Assembly: GCA_002269645.1 (NCBI GenBank) | Contig: NIVC01000271.1 | Location: 186,001-250,000, forward strand | Length of the DNA: 64,000 nucleotides | Source of the DNA: Macrostomum lignano | Lineage: Eukaryota | Direction: 5' to 3' | In this document: one piece after another, positions 32,450 through 58,049 of the stretch | Layout: every line of letters begins with the position of its first letter | How positions within the stretch are numbered: the stretch's first letter is position 1 | The notes under the pieces: model-generated | What the model was told of the DNA's origin: nothing | What the model saw: only the letters and a program-made list of their open reading frames with translations | Databases searched by the model: none | Position numbers and translations under genes: made by a program

Positions 32450-32823
32450 CTGGGAACTGCTCAGATTGAGCTGATGGGGTGTCTAATAGCGGAGGCTGAG
32501 AACTGCTCAGATTGAGCTGATGGGGTGTCTAATAGCGGAGGCTGAGAACTGCTCAGATTGAGCTGATGGGGTGTCTAATAGCGGAGGCTGAGAACTGCTC
32601 AGATTGAGCTGATGGGGTGTCTCTAATAGCGGAGGCTGAGAACTGCTCAGATTGAGCTGATGGGGTGTCTCTAATAGCGGAGGCTGAGAACTGCTCAGAT
32701 TGAGCTGATGGGGTGTCTAATAGCGGAGGCTGAGAACTGCTCAGATTGAGCTGATGGAGTGTCTAATAGCGGAGGCTGAGAACTGCTCAGATTGAGCTGA
32801 TGGGGTGTCTAATAGCGGAGGCT
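32450..32823 (+). repeat. 46-bp minisatellite (gaactgctcagattgagctgatggggtgtctaatagcggaggctga)
   Basis: 8 copies downstream of MRCK. Confidence 0.96.
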
Positions 32824-33904
32824 TTGACAACACTAATTGGACGATATTTAAATTTTTGCACGGTATTTTGCTACTAGATTATAATAATTTGTTTGTGTTG
32901 TTGTTTTTGGTTATCTAGTAGGACTTTATTTCTCTAATAAATTGTACAATTTGACGCGTGTGTCCTGCATCTGCAGTAACAACAAATCATTGCAATGAGG
33001 CGTTAAGCAAATTATTTTCAGTTAAATTGTCACCTATATATGATTACAAGTGAGTGTTTATAAGCTATTTTATAATTTTACTTTTTAGCAAAATTGTTTA
33101 GCAATTTCGATATTCGATCGATATTTGTTGTGGTTCAGCCGAAGCGTAAACAATTAAAATCTATGATTATTATGATTTTAGTTCAATTGTGATACGTTAA
33201 ATTTGGTGAAACAAATTTTGCAATTTTCGATCTCCATTTTTCTTGTTTTCGTTGCTAAAAGAAAACAACATTTACTCTCGCTGTTTTTGTTTTATTGCTA
33301 TCAAAATTAATTTAAGCTGTAGATAATTAGATAATTACCTGATAATTAGTAGCTTTTTATTTATGAAACTAACATGACTAAAAGTTTTTTTTTTGGTTTT
33401 CTAATCCTTGCCGACTGTACCAGCTTATATAATGCTCATTTACAGTATTTATCAGTTATGATTAGGGCCTTGATTGGCCAAGATCACAAACTTATTTATT
33501 GTTTTTTAAATATCAAAACATAATGTATTCGTTTTAGTAAGTAACTTAAAAGTAGTTTTTTCTATAATTTTTGTCTATCTTTTATGTTGGAGCATAGCGG
33601 ACTGCAATATCCAAGTACTGGTTAGCAGGTCTGTACCCTTTCTCTACTACTGTTTAAACACTATAAATATCAGTGCAATTTTGTATTGTCTCATTTCCGT
33701 ATAGTGTAGTAAATTTGTGCTTCATGAATGATTTGCTTATGCTGATAGAAACTAATAGAAAATCAGCATTCAGGTTTTAAGTGTAATTGTTATATACCAT
33801 TTTTTCATTTTATTTAAGAATTCTAGCACTTATTATGAGCCACTGTAAATCAATTCTACTTTCTTTCTATGGTCAAAACCCTTTAGAACTGCTCAATATC
33901 TAAA

Positions 33905-34480
33905 ATTCAATGCTCTCCCAAATGCACGAGTTTGGCCATAGACAATGATCAAAGCATGGGTTAAGTATGGTAGGCCGTGTCTTAAATTCTATGCTCCCCC
34001 AATACACGGGTTTGGCCATAGACAATGATCAAAGCATGAGTTAAGTATGGTAGGCTGTGTCTTTAATTCAATGCTCTCCCCAATACACGGGTTTGGCCAT
34101 AGACAATGATCAAAGCGTGGGTTAAGTATGGTAGGCTGTGTCTTTAATTCAATGCTCTTCCCAATACACGGGTTTGGCCATAGACAATGATCAAAGCATG
34201 AGTTAAATATGAGTTGGCCGTGTCTTAAATCCAATGCTCCCCCCAATACATGGGTTTGGCCATAGACAATGATCAAAGCATGGGTTAAGTATGGTAGGCT
34301 GTGTCTTTAATTCAATGCTCTCCCCAATACACGGGTTTGGCCATAGACAATCATCAAAACATGGGTTAAATATGAGTTGGCCGTGTCTTAAATCCAATGC
34401 TCCCCCAATACAGTACATTGGTTTGGCCATAGACAATGATCAAAGCATGGGTTAAACTTAGTTGGCCGTGTCTTGGATTG
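33905..34480 (+). repeat. ~81-bp tandem repeat
   Basis: 7 copies containing tttggccatagacaatgatcaaagcatg, starting near 33910, 33991, 34071, 34152, 34235, 34315 and 34397. Confidence 0.95.
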
Positions 34481-35294
34481 AATGCTCGATTTACTAAATA
34501 AAATGAAAAAATGCAATATTAGGTAGTTATTATTAAAATTAGATAGATTTAAATGCATGCCACTGTGTGATAAATGCACTATTAATTTAGTATTGCATGC
34601 AATCTATATAATAATAGTTGTATAATAACTTTGATTCATTGTGTTTACTCTTGCGTGCGTCTGTCTGAGTACATGTAGCACAGTCTCTAATGCTTTGCTT
34701 ATATGTTTCTGTAGTAGTAGATTGAAAGACTGTCACCTATTTTGCTTACTAATTACATGTTGTTGACTGAATTATTAACGATTTAAATGCCTTTTTTAGC
34801 GTGTCTGGTAGTTAGTAATATTTGCACACTAGAAAGAAGCGTATTGTACATCATTGCTATGACCTTCGTGCTAAATAAACCAGTTATTGTTTTGTAGGGT
34901 TTTAAATGTGCTGTTTTTGTGTGTTTTTTAAAGATATCATTCAGTAAAATAAATAAAAGTTCAGTAAAAATTTCGGCGTGCTTTGCAAGGTTTGTTTTAG
35001 TGTTCTGTTAGCCAGTCACTTTACATGTATGTGTTTATAAATCTGATTATATTAACTGCGTGTAACTAATAATCAATAATCACTTCATGATTCAAATACT
35101 TTGTCCCGCCTTCTATACCTTTTCTAACTCGATCTCTATTTATTTATTATTCGTTACGATGATGATGATATACATATTTATATGTATACGTGGCTTTTTC
35201 AGTTGCAATTTCGATTATTATATAATTACTAGTAGTGACTCTTTGTCTTGTTTATTTCTTTGAGTTTTAATATAAGTTGTTTGATATGGTAGTT

Positions 35295-35987
35295 AGAGTC
35301 CCAAATCCCATAGTTTGGTGGGCAAGAGTCCCAGATCCCATAGTTTGGTGGGCAAGAGTCCCAGATCCTATTGGTAGGCGGATAAGAGTCCCAGATCCCA
35401 TAGTTTGGTGGGCAGGAGTCCCAGATCCTATTGGTGGGCGTATAAGAGTCCCAGATCCTGTAGGTGGGCGGATAAGAGTCCCAGATCCTATAGGTGGGCG
35501 GATAAGAGTCCCAGGTCCCACAAGTAGGTGGGCCAGAGTCCCAGATCCTATAGGTGGGCGGATAAGAGTCCCAGGTCCCACAAGTAGGTGGGCAAGAGTC
35601 CCAGATCCTATTGGTGGGCGGATAAGAGTCCCAGGTCCCACAGATAGGTGGGCCAGAGTCCCAGATCCTATTGGTGGGCGGATAAGAGTCCCAGGTCCCA
35701 CAGGTAGGTGGGCCAGAGTCCCAGATCCTATTGGTGGGCGGATAAGAGTCCCAAGTCCCACAGGTAGGTGGGCAAGAGTCCCAGATCCTATTGGTGAGCG
35801 GATAAGAGTCCCAGGTCCCACAGATAGGTGGGCCAGAGTCCCAGATCCTATTGGTGGGCGGATAAGAGTCCCAAGTCCCACAGGTAGGTGGGCAAGAGTC
35901 CCAGATCCTATTGGTGGGCGGATAAGAGTCCCAGATCCTATAGGTGGGCGGATAAGAGTCCCAGGTCCCACAGGTAGGTGGGCAAAA
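35295..35987 (+). repeat. 30-bp minisatellite with two alternating variants (agagtcccagatcctattggtgggcggata / agagtcccaggtcccacaggtaggtgggcc)
   Basis: Tandem copies; explains ORFs 35267..35971 and 35277..36122. Confidence 0.95.
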
Positions 35988-36904
35988 GTCCTAACCCCCC
36001 CCCCCCCCTATACTGACTTTAAGCTTTTAGCGCCATTTTGGCGGCCGAGACAAGATCTTTCCAGGAGAATCATGACTTTCCCTACCAGGGATCCCTTCTG
36101 CTCCCTGTTCAGTGATGCCTGAAGGCACTGACTAAGTAGCAAACTTGTAATATTTTCAATAGTGCATTTTAGAGGCCAAAATAGCTGGTTTAAGTATGTC
36201 GTCAGCTTTTTTCAAGAAGTCCCATTATAATAGAATTCAACAAAGTGATGTAAACAAAGCATTTGAGTAGCGAAACACAGCGAAAGAAAACACCGATTTT
36301 GCGGGGAACAACAGGACTAACTAACGGTAAATCAGGGTTTTTCAGTCAGGTTATATTTTCCACAATCTATGTGGGTTTGGGCATTATAATGTTATTTTCA
36401 TCAGCTTTTTGCATTGTAAAAACATCAAACACTACGATGAGAAGCATAGGTTGAATCGCAAATTTAGTGCGAGACAATTCGATTAATATTGTCTGCAATT
36501 TACACTGAATTTAAAAAAAGAAAGAAACTGATTCGTAAACTACGTCGACAGCTTTTTAAGGTTAGCATTATCGACAGATATACAAAATTTCACGAAGCTA
36601 TAAAACAAAATAAGGAAAATAGCTTTTTCACAGCTAGCCTAAGAGAATCTGTGCGACCTTGTGTAAAAAACATTGTACGAGTAGTTTCGATTTTACTGCG
36701 AGTGGTGTGGCAAGCGATTTTGTGAACGGAAAGTGTCACTGACAGTTTACAGTTAAAGGGTTTTATATGCAGTATTGCTTTTTGGGACGGAGTTCTTGAC
36801 AATTAAATGAGAAAAATAGTAGCATAGTAGCATCCTAAAGTAGTAGCATTTCTTACCTTAAAAATATCAGACAACTCGCTTCCTTACCCATTCACTCGAG
36901 CCCT

Positions 36905-37215
36905 CATAGCCCAGCCCTCATACAGCTAACCCCTTTCCTAACCCAGCCTCACACAGCTAACCCCTTTCCTAACCCAGCCCTCGCACAGCTAACCCCTTTC
37001 TTAATTCAGCCCTCACACAGCTAACCCCTTTCCTAACCCAGCCCTCCTACAGCTAATCCCTTTCCTAACCCAGCCCTCACACACCTAACCCCTTTCCTAA
37101 CCCAGCCCTCACACACCTAACCCCTTTCCTAACCCAGCCCTCGCACACCTAACCCCTTTCCTAACCCAGCCCTCACACAGCTAACCACCTTTTTCCTAAC
37201 CCAGCCCTCACAGCT
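36905..37215 (+). repeat. 32-bp minisatellite (cagccctcacacagctaacccctttcctaacc)
   Basis: About 9 copies. Confidence 0.94.
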
Positions 37216-37404
37216 AGCTCCTCCCTGAGTCTACCTGTTTTCGTGATGCATTAACAAATTTCAAGGGAATCGATCTATCCTGCTCATAATTTCCGGTAAT
37301 TTTTGGGATTTACGAGCTAAAATTGATTTTCATCCCATTCGCCAAAGAAGATTGCATGACAGTTATTAATGTAAATGGACAAAGAGATATTTTCATTTCG
37401 TTGA

Positions 37405-37896
37405 TTATTTGCCGAACTTCATTCCGTTGCTCTTAGCAACCAATTCGTAGTAGACAACATTAGTCGGTTCCTTACCATCAGTCCGCTGCGCCTTGCTTTC
37501 GGCGTCAATATCTCCAACTTTGTTATTATTAGTCTTCATTTTGTTAATTACCATCTTGTCGTCCTCTGGTCCACCGTCGCTGTCTTCGTCCGCCAGTACA
37601 ACTAGTCCGATTCGATTCTTGCCAGCAATCCATCTGGTGCCCAGGGCGGACACTGCCAGGCCTAAACTGCAAAAACCAACGGCCAGAATGGCACCAATTC
37701 TTAGATTGTTAGTAAACTGACGAGCAGCGGCTCCTATGTAGGGCGATTGCACAGTCAGAGAGATAATTATGATGGTTAGGAGTGCAGTTGCCATAGCAGC
37801 CATGCTAATTAGCAGCAGAGCGTGGCAGGTGTAGTACAGGTGTCGATCGCGTCTGCTGAATTGTTTCAGACTTGATCCCCATAGAAATAGTACCAT
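37405..37896 (-). CDS. Uncharacterised ~163-aa protein with two predicted transmembrane helices
   Basis: ATG at 37896 in aaaaATG context, preceded by an acceptor-like cttacAG 20 nt upstream. Hydrophobic segments ALLLISMAAMATALLTIIIISLTV and LRIGAILAVGFCSLGLAVSALG; acidic/basic tail; gene-like codon usage. No family recognised. Confidence 0.6.
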   Translation of the reverse strand: MVLFLWGSSLKQFSRRDRHLYYTCHALLLISMAAMATALLTIIIISLTVQSPYIGAAARQFTNNLRIGAILAVGFCSLGLAVSALGTRWIAGKNRIGLVVLADEDSDGGPEDDKMVINKMKTNNNKVGDIDAESKAQRTDGKEPTNVVYYELVAKSNGMKFGK

Positions 37897-40139
37897 TTTT
37901 ATACGTGTGTTCTTGACTGTAAGGTAGCTTGTCAACCTTGAAAACCGTTCTGAAATGATAAACGAACAGAAGTTCCACAAAAATCGATCTTTGCTCGAAA
38001 TATTTACAGCGAATTCAATTCAATTTAGTCTTCAATCCAAATCAGATGGCATTCTGATGAGAGCCTTATGCAGCATGATGTCTGCCAACGCCACACGAGC
38101 CCCTCAATGCCAGCAGCCTAGCTTGCCTTTGTTTGCCACAGCCGCGATTACCGCCTTAAGGCGCACAGTTCATCTCTTCCCCCATGCTGAACTGAAGGGG
38201 AAAGAGGAAAAGGTCCCATGGGCTGAGGTCCGGTGAGCATGGCCGATGCGGAAGAATTTTCCACCCTTATGACTTGATGGCTACGAGCCATACGAGCCGT
38301 AAACTGGAGCTACAAGCTCTTTATATATGAAATTGTTTGTGGCAAAACCTTTGTTTTGTCAGCTACGAGTACTCGTAGGCTAAAACCAGGCTATGCCTCA
38401 ATACACGAAACTTTTCTTACAACCCTCGTGCTATACTGTCAATATGGCAACTAGCAATAGTGTTCAACTGCTGCACTGCATAATTCGTGTATTAAACAGT
38501 TCTCTTGCATCCGTCATTCCTTAATAAAACTGTCTTGGCACCATTTTTTCAGCTGCTGCTGTGTATGCTGAATATTGACATGAAATCGTAGCCAATGTTT
38601 CTTAATGGCATGCTTATCCAGAAAGCTATGCGGTTCTTGGCACAATTAAGGCTAATCAAACGGTTGCTAGAAATTTGCAGAAAAGTGCCAAATTCAACAA
38701 TGCAAGCAATCTTACCTTGTTGCTCTTGATGGACTCGGGTATTTCTTTTTTCAACTGAATGGAATAGATAGATTTCGCTTGCCAAGATCTTGAGTTCGGT
38801 CGTCGTCAGAGAAGAGTTCCTTCTCACTCCTAGAGTCTGCCCCGTCTCCTCGTCCTGATCTCACTTTAAATTAGGAAAAGGTACAGGCAGGCAGCTTGAG
38901 TTGAGCTTGCCGCTGCACACCTGGCACCCTTAATGTGTGCTCCGAGGTTGTCCTAAAAAGAAAACGTGCACCTGACAGTCAAACCCCTCCCTCCAGTTCC
39001 GAGCGGAGAGGTAAGTTACCTTCTATGTCTGCCTTTTCCTTTCCGTCCCCGAACGCAAGTCTTCAAGTTCGATTCCGGGATTTACTCGCAAGTGTAACCT
39101 GCTCGCATCTCTTACCCTCTCTCAGGGATGAAAATCTGGGGACATTCGATGTGCAGCCTTGGAGGATGGGAGCTTCAGTGGATAGAGAAAATTCTAATCC
39201 CTGCTCTCGTCTCCCCGGCTACCTGTCCGGCCTATGCTGGATCCTGTCTCTTCACCCCTGTCTCTCCTGTTCTGTTTCAAGTCAGTATTCGGTTCTCTTC
39301 CCCCCCCCCCGAGTCTGCACCCGCCATTGCTTGCTCGAATTCGGTGCAAAGCTCGGCTTGCTGTGAGTATCCAATGGCAACTGCATCGTTAACCATCTCT
39401 GACGAGTTTTTTTGCTGCATGCCGAATTTGAGAATGCTTAATTATAGGATTCCGCTAGAAAAAAGAGATGCTTAGGAAGACTAATAAGCCAATTTGAATT
39501 TTTCTTTCACCTGTTCTCCCCTCAGATGCGACAGCCGCAATTCCCAGGCTTTATTCTTATATGGCTTCCATTCATCTAAACCAAATTCTTCATATATATC
39601 TGCCGCAGACACTTTCCTTTCTTCCTTTATTTTTTCCAGTCAAGCATTTGTGTCAGGATTCCCCCCTCTCTTGGGATTTGAACCGCAGTGCACAAAAAAT
39701 GTTGTTCAGTCAGTTTGCTTTTCGTTCGTCCACTTTTCATCCCACACGCAGAGTTTTTTCATCCCCCATGGTTTCTTTTCTCATTAGTCGTTACCGGGTT
39801 TAGTAATAGTAATAATAATATCTATTATAATAGTCTGCTTTGTCGTCAGGTAAGCATAAGCCTAGCCAAGGAGGCCTTGAACCCATAATCCAAACTACCA
39901 GTTGTTCCCAGACCCTCATTTTCATGACACGATAAGACTAACACTACAGAACCATTTCATAAGTTGATTCTGCTTACAAAATCCGTATAGATTCTACGTG
40001 TCTCACTTAAAACTGTAGCATCTGAGTGATGGATGATAAGCTGAGTTCGAAAGAAATTTACGTCGTAAACAAGACGTGTTTCTGAAAATTCTGCGAAACT
40101 ATCTCAGACTATATAGCTACATTATTTTTATAATCGTCG

Positions 40140-40440
40140 ATTCCACCAAACAGTAAACTCTGACGCATTTTGGATCAACGCCTTTGGCGACATCGTCTCA
40201 ACAACCAGCGCTGACTCCACATTCTTGCACATTCCGCTGACTCCATTTGCACACTCCATACAAATTCTCACACAGGGTGTACATCGGCCCTTTGACTTTC
40301 TAATGTGTACTCTCTGTGTCTTGGGGGTTGGCCCTGATGGCTGTGAATCGCGCGAGAATCCCATGGGAATCGAACCCATAGTTAGCAGCGTTGTCTGAGC
40401 AACACTGATTGCTCTGTAGCTTTGCAGCCTTGCAGTTATA
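40140..40440 (-). mobile_element. SINE family B, copy 3 (most complete, with tRNA-like head)
   Basis: Minus strand reads gctacagagcaatcag..gggttcgattccc (box A/B-like), then gggccaacccccaag and gggccgatgtacaccctgtgtg..ggagtcagcggaatg..gtcagcgctggttgttgagacgatgtcgccaaaggcgtt. Confidence 0.7.
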
Positions 40441-41011
40441 TGTGGTTTGGACAAAGTTGGTACTCCAGATTCTTAGTCAAGATCTCCTTGATCTAGCTAC
40501 GCAGTATACTGTAGGTCTCTTTTCCTGTCAACCCTTTATCCTTGTAGACAGACAGGCAGATGCATGCGTACCGCACACGCCGCTGGGATATTTCCTAAAC
40601 GGTCACTACGAGAGAGAGAGAGAGAAAGAGAGATTTCCCCTGACTGTCCGAGCCACTTCATTTCCTCTCCCCTAAGTGTCCGAACAAGCCTTAGTTCCTG
40701 CCAGCTTCCTCCTTAACGATTGTTTGTATTGCATATATGGAGTATTGTAAAAGTTATTACGGCTACTTCTGTTGTTATTTCAAAAGCGTTAGTGATCGAT
40801 CATTAGCGAGAGTTTAGTTAAACTGGCAGGCACCTTAGTTCATATGATGGTTAAATACGTGACAGGTAAAAGTGGGTATGACAGAAATTGAACTGAATAT
40901 TACATAAATAATTTCCTTTAACTTTACTGCATGTTTTGTATTGCGTTGCAAGCTAAAAACTTAACTTTTTAAGTCGGCAAATACACCACAGCAACTAGTA
41001 AAACAAACAAA

Positions 41012-55520
<14,509 letters not shown>

Positions 55521-55619
55521 TTATTGAGCAGTGTTCTGTGCGCGTAAGATTGAATCAAACCTTTTTTGAGGGAAGTTGTTGAACTGAACTTTTGCTTACT
55601 GGAAACTTGTTTTGTGAGA

Positions 55620-56050
55620 TCTGGGATTTTTTGGGAAAAATGGGGATTCTTAGTTTTGGGATTTTTCGGGGAGAATTGGATTCTTAGTTTTGGGATTTTT
55701 TCTGGCAGAATAGGATTCTTAGTTTTGGGATTTTTTTCTGGCAGAATGGGATTCTTAGTTTTGGGATTTTTTCTGGCAGAATAGGATTCTTAGTTTTGGG
55801 ATTTTTCATGGAAAATAAGATTCTTTGTTTTGGGATTTTTAGAAAGAATATGGGATTCTTAGTTTTGGGATTTTTTTCTGGCAGAATGGGATTCTTATTT
55901 TTGGGATTTTTTCTGGCAGAATGGGATTCTTAGTTTTGGGATTTTTAGATAGAATATGGGATTCTTAGTTTTGGGATTTTTTCTGGCAGAATGGGATTCT
56001 TAGTTTTGGGATTTTTCTCGCAGAATGGGATTCTTAGTTTTGGGATTTTC
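55620..56050 (+). repeat. ~35-bp minisatellite (gggattcttagttttgggattttt..ctggcagaat) after the PK stop
   Basis: About 12 copies. Confidence 0.92.
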
Positions 56051-56819
56051 GTTTTTTACTGTTGATATTTTTGGGAAGTGTTTTAATAGAAATGAGATTA
56101 TAAAATTTCTGGATATAAACCATCATCCTATTAAAACAAATCGTCTTCAACTAGCTAATTTGTTAAAAATCGTATCTGTTCAGCTTACCGCTCCGTTCGC
56201 GTCAGTAGTATATAGCGCACATCAACAAAATTTATATAGTTGGTTTTTCCCCTTTTTAATCTAGCTTAGTTTCATTTTTCTTCCCCAACTTTTTGTCCTA
56301 AGAGATTCGTATGTTTTATTTTAAAAATAGAAAAAAATTCAGCTTTGCATATCTCGCAAATTTTCTGTTGTTTTCGACACACACTTTTCCTTTGTTTAAA
56401 TTAACATACTTAGAATTTATTAATCTTTAAACTATTTTCTAACTTAACAAAGTTATTCGTAACGTCATTTAATTATCATTAAAACTGTTATATCATTTTT
56501 AGATTTAGACTTATACTACTGTTGCGTTACCCTGCATAAGTAGTATACTATATAAAGTTGATTAGTTGTTTTAAGATGATTCACAAAAAAAACATTCTGT
56601 GTGTTATTTAAGAAAATCGCCCAGTTTCAACATAGTTTTCTTTTCTTTTTTTAAACAGACCCCCGCCCCGAATGTCCTGTTTGATTCGTATTGTAATTCT
56701 TTATCAAAAGAAAACTATTTTGAACAGTAGTATATATTATAGTAGGTATTTTCCAGCCACAATTGTTGGTCTCATTGTTAGTCATTCTATTTGTCGTGAA
56801 AACCAAAAAAAATTGATTT

Positions 56820-57900
56820 TAGCCCCACCCAATGTCCGTTTTAGCCCCATCCAAGTCCATTTTAGCCCACCCAATGCTCTTTTTAGCCCCACCAAATGTC
56901 CATTTTAGCGCCACTCCATGGGTCTTTTTAGCGCGACTCCATGAGTCTTTTAGCGCCACTCCATGAACCTTTTTTAGCGCCACTTTATGGGTCTTTTTAG
57001 CGCAACTCAATGGGCCTTTTTTTAGCGCCACTCCATGAGTTTTTAGCGCCACTCCATGAACCTTTTTAGCGCCACTTTATGGGTCTTTTTAGCGCCACTC
57101 CATGGGTCTTTTTTAGCGCCATTTGATGTAAATTAGTCTTTTTAGCGCCACTCCATGGGTCTTTTTTAGCGCCATTTGATGTAAATTAGTCTTTTTAGCG
57201 CCACTCCATGGGTCTTTTTAGCGCCATTTGATGTAAATTAGTCTTTTTTAGCGCCACTCCATGGGTTTTTTAGCGCCACTCCATGAGTCTTTTAGCGCCA
57301 CTCCATGAACCTTTTTAGCGCCACTTTATGGGTCTTTTTAGCGCCACTCCATGGGTCTTTTTTAGCGCCACTCAATGGGTCTTTTTAGCGCCATTTGATG
57401 TGTCCCTTTTAGCGCCACTCCATGGGTCTTTTTAGCGCGACTCCATGGGTCTTTTTTAGCGCCACTCCATGGACCTTTTTTAGCGCCACGCCATGTGCCT
57501 TTTTTAGCGCCACTCCATGGGTCTTTTTTAGCGCCACTCCATGGGCCTTTTTTAGCGCCACTCAATGGGCCTTTTTTAGCGCCACTCCATGGGTCTTTTT
57601 TAGCGCCACTCAATGGGTCTTTTTTAGCGCCACTCCATGGGTCTTTTTAGCGCCACTCCCTGGGTCTTTTTAGCGCCACTCCATGGGTCTTTTTAGCGCC
57701 ACTTGATGTGTCCCTTTTAGCGTCACCCAATGTCTATTTTAGCGCCACCCAATGTCCATTTTAGCGCCACCCAATGTCCATTTTAGCGCCATTTGATGTG
57801 TCCATTTAAGCGCCACTCTATGGGTCCATCTTAGCGCCACTCCATGTGTCCGGTGTTGCGCCTCACGATGTCCATTTTAGCGCCACTCAATGTCCATGAG
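56820..57900 (+). repeat. 23-24-bp minisatellite (tttttagcgccactccatgggtc)
   Basis: Ends ~60 nt before acceptor-like sites at 57969/57976. Confidence 0.94.
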
Positions 57901-58049
57901 TTGGGATGTATATTTATGTTCTTTAATTAATCGCCTTCTTAATTGTTTGCACTTTCTGATTATTTCCAGCTTTCAGTCTTTCACTAGTCTGCGTGTCCAA
58001 TAGCCTCAAGTCAGCTGTCAGTCAACAATAATCAGAGATCTGAAAAGTG

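Noticed and set aside
35267-36122. Repetitive ORFs (PIGGRIRVPD...) suggesting a structural protein
   Set aside because: Open on both strands because of the 30-bp unit; no signal peptide or unique domain. Not fully excluded without RNA data.
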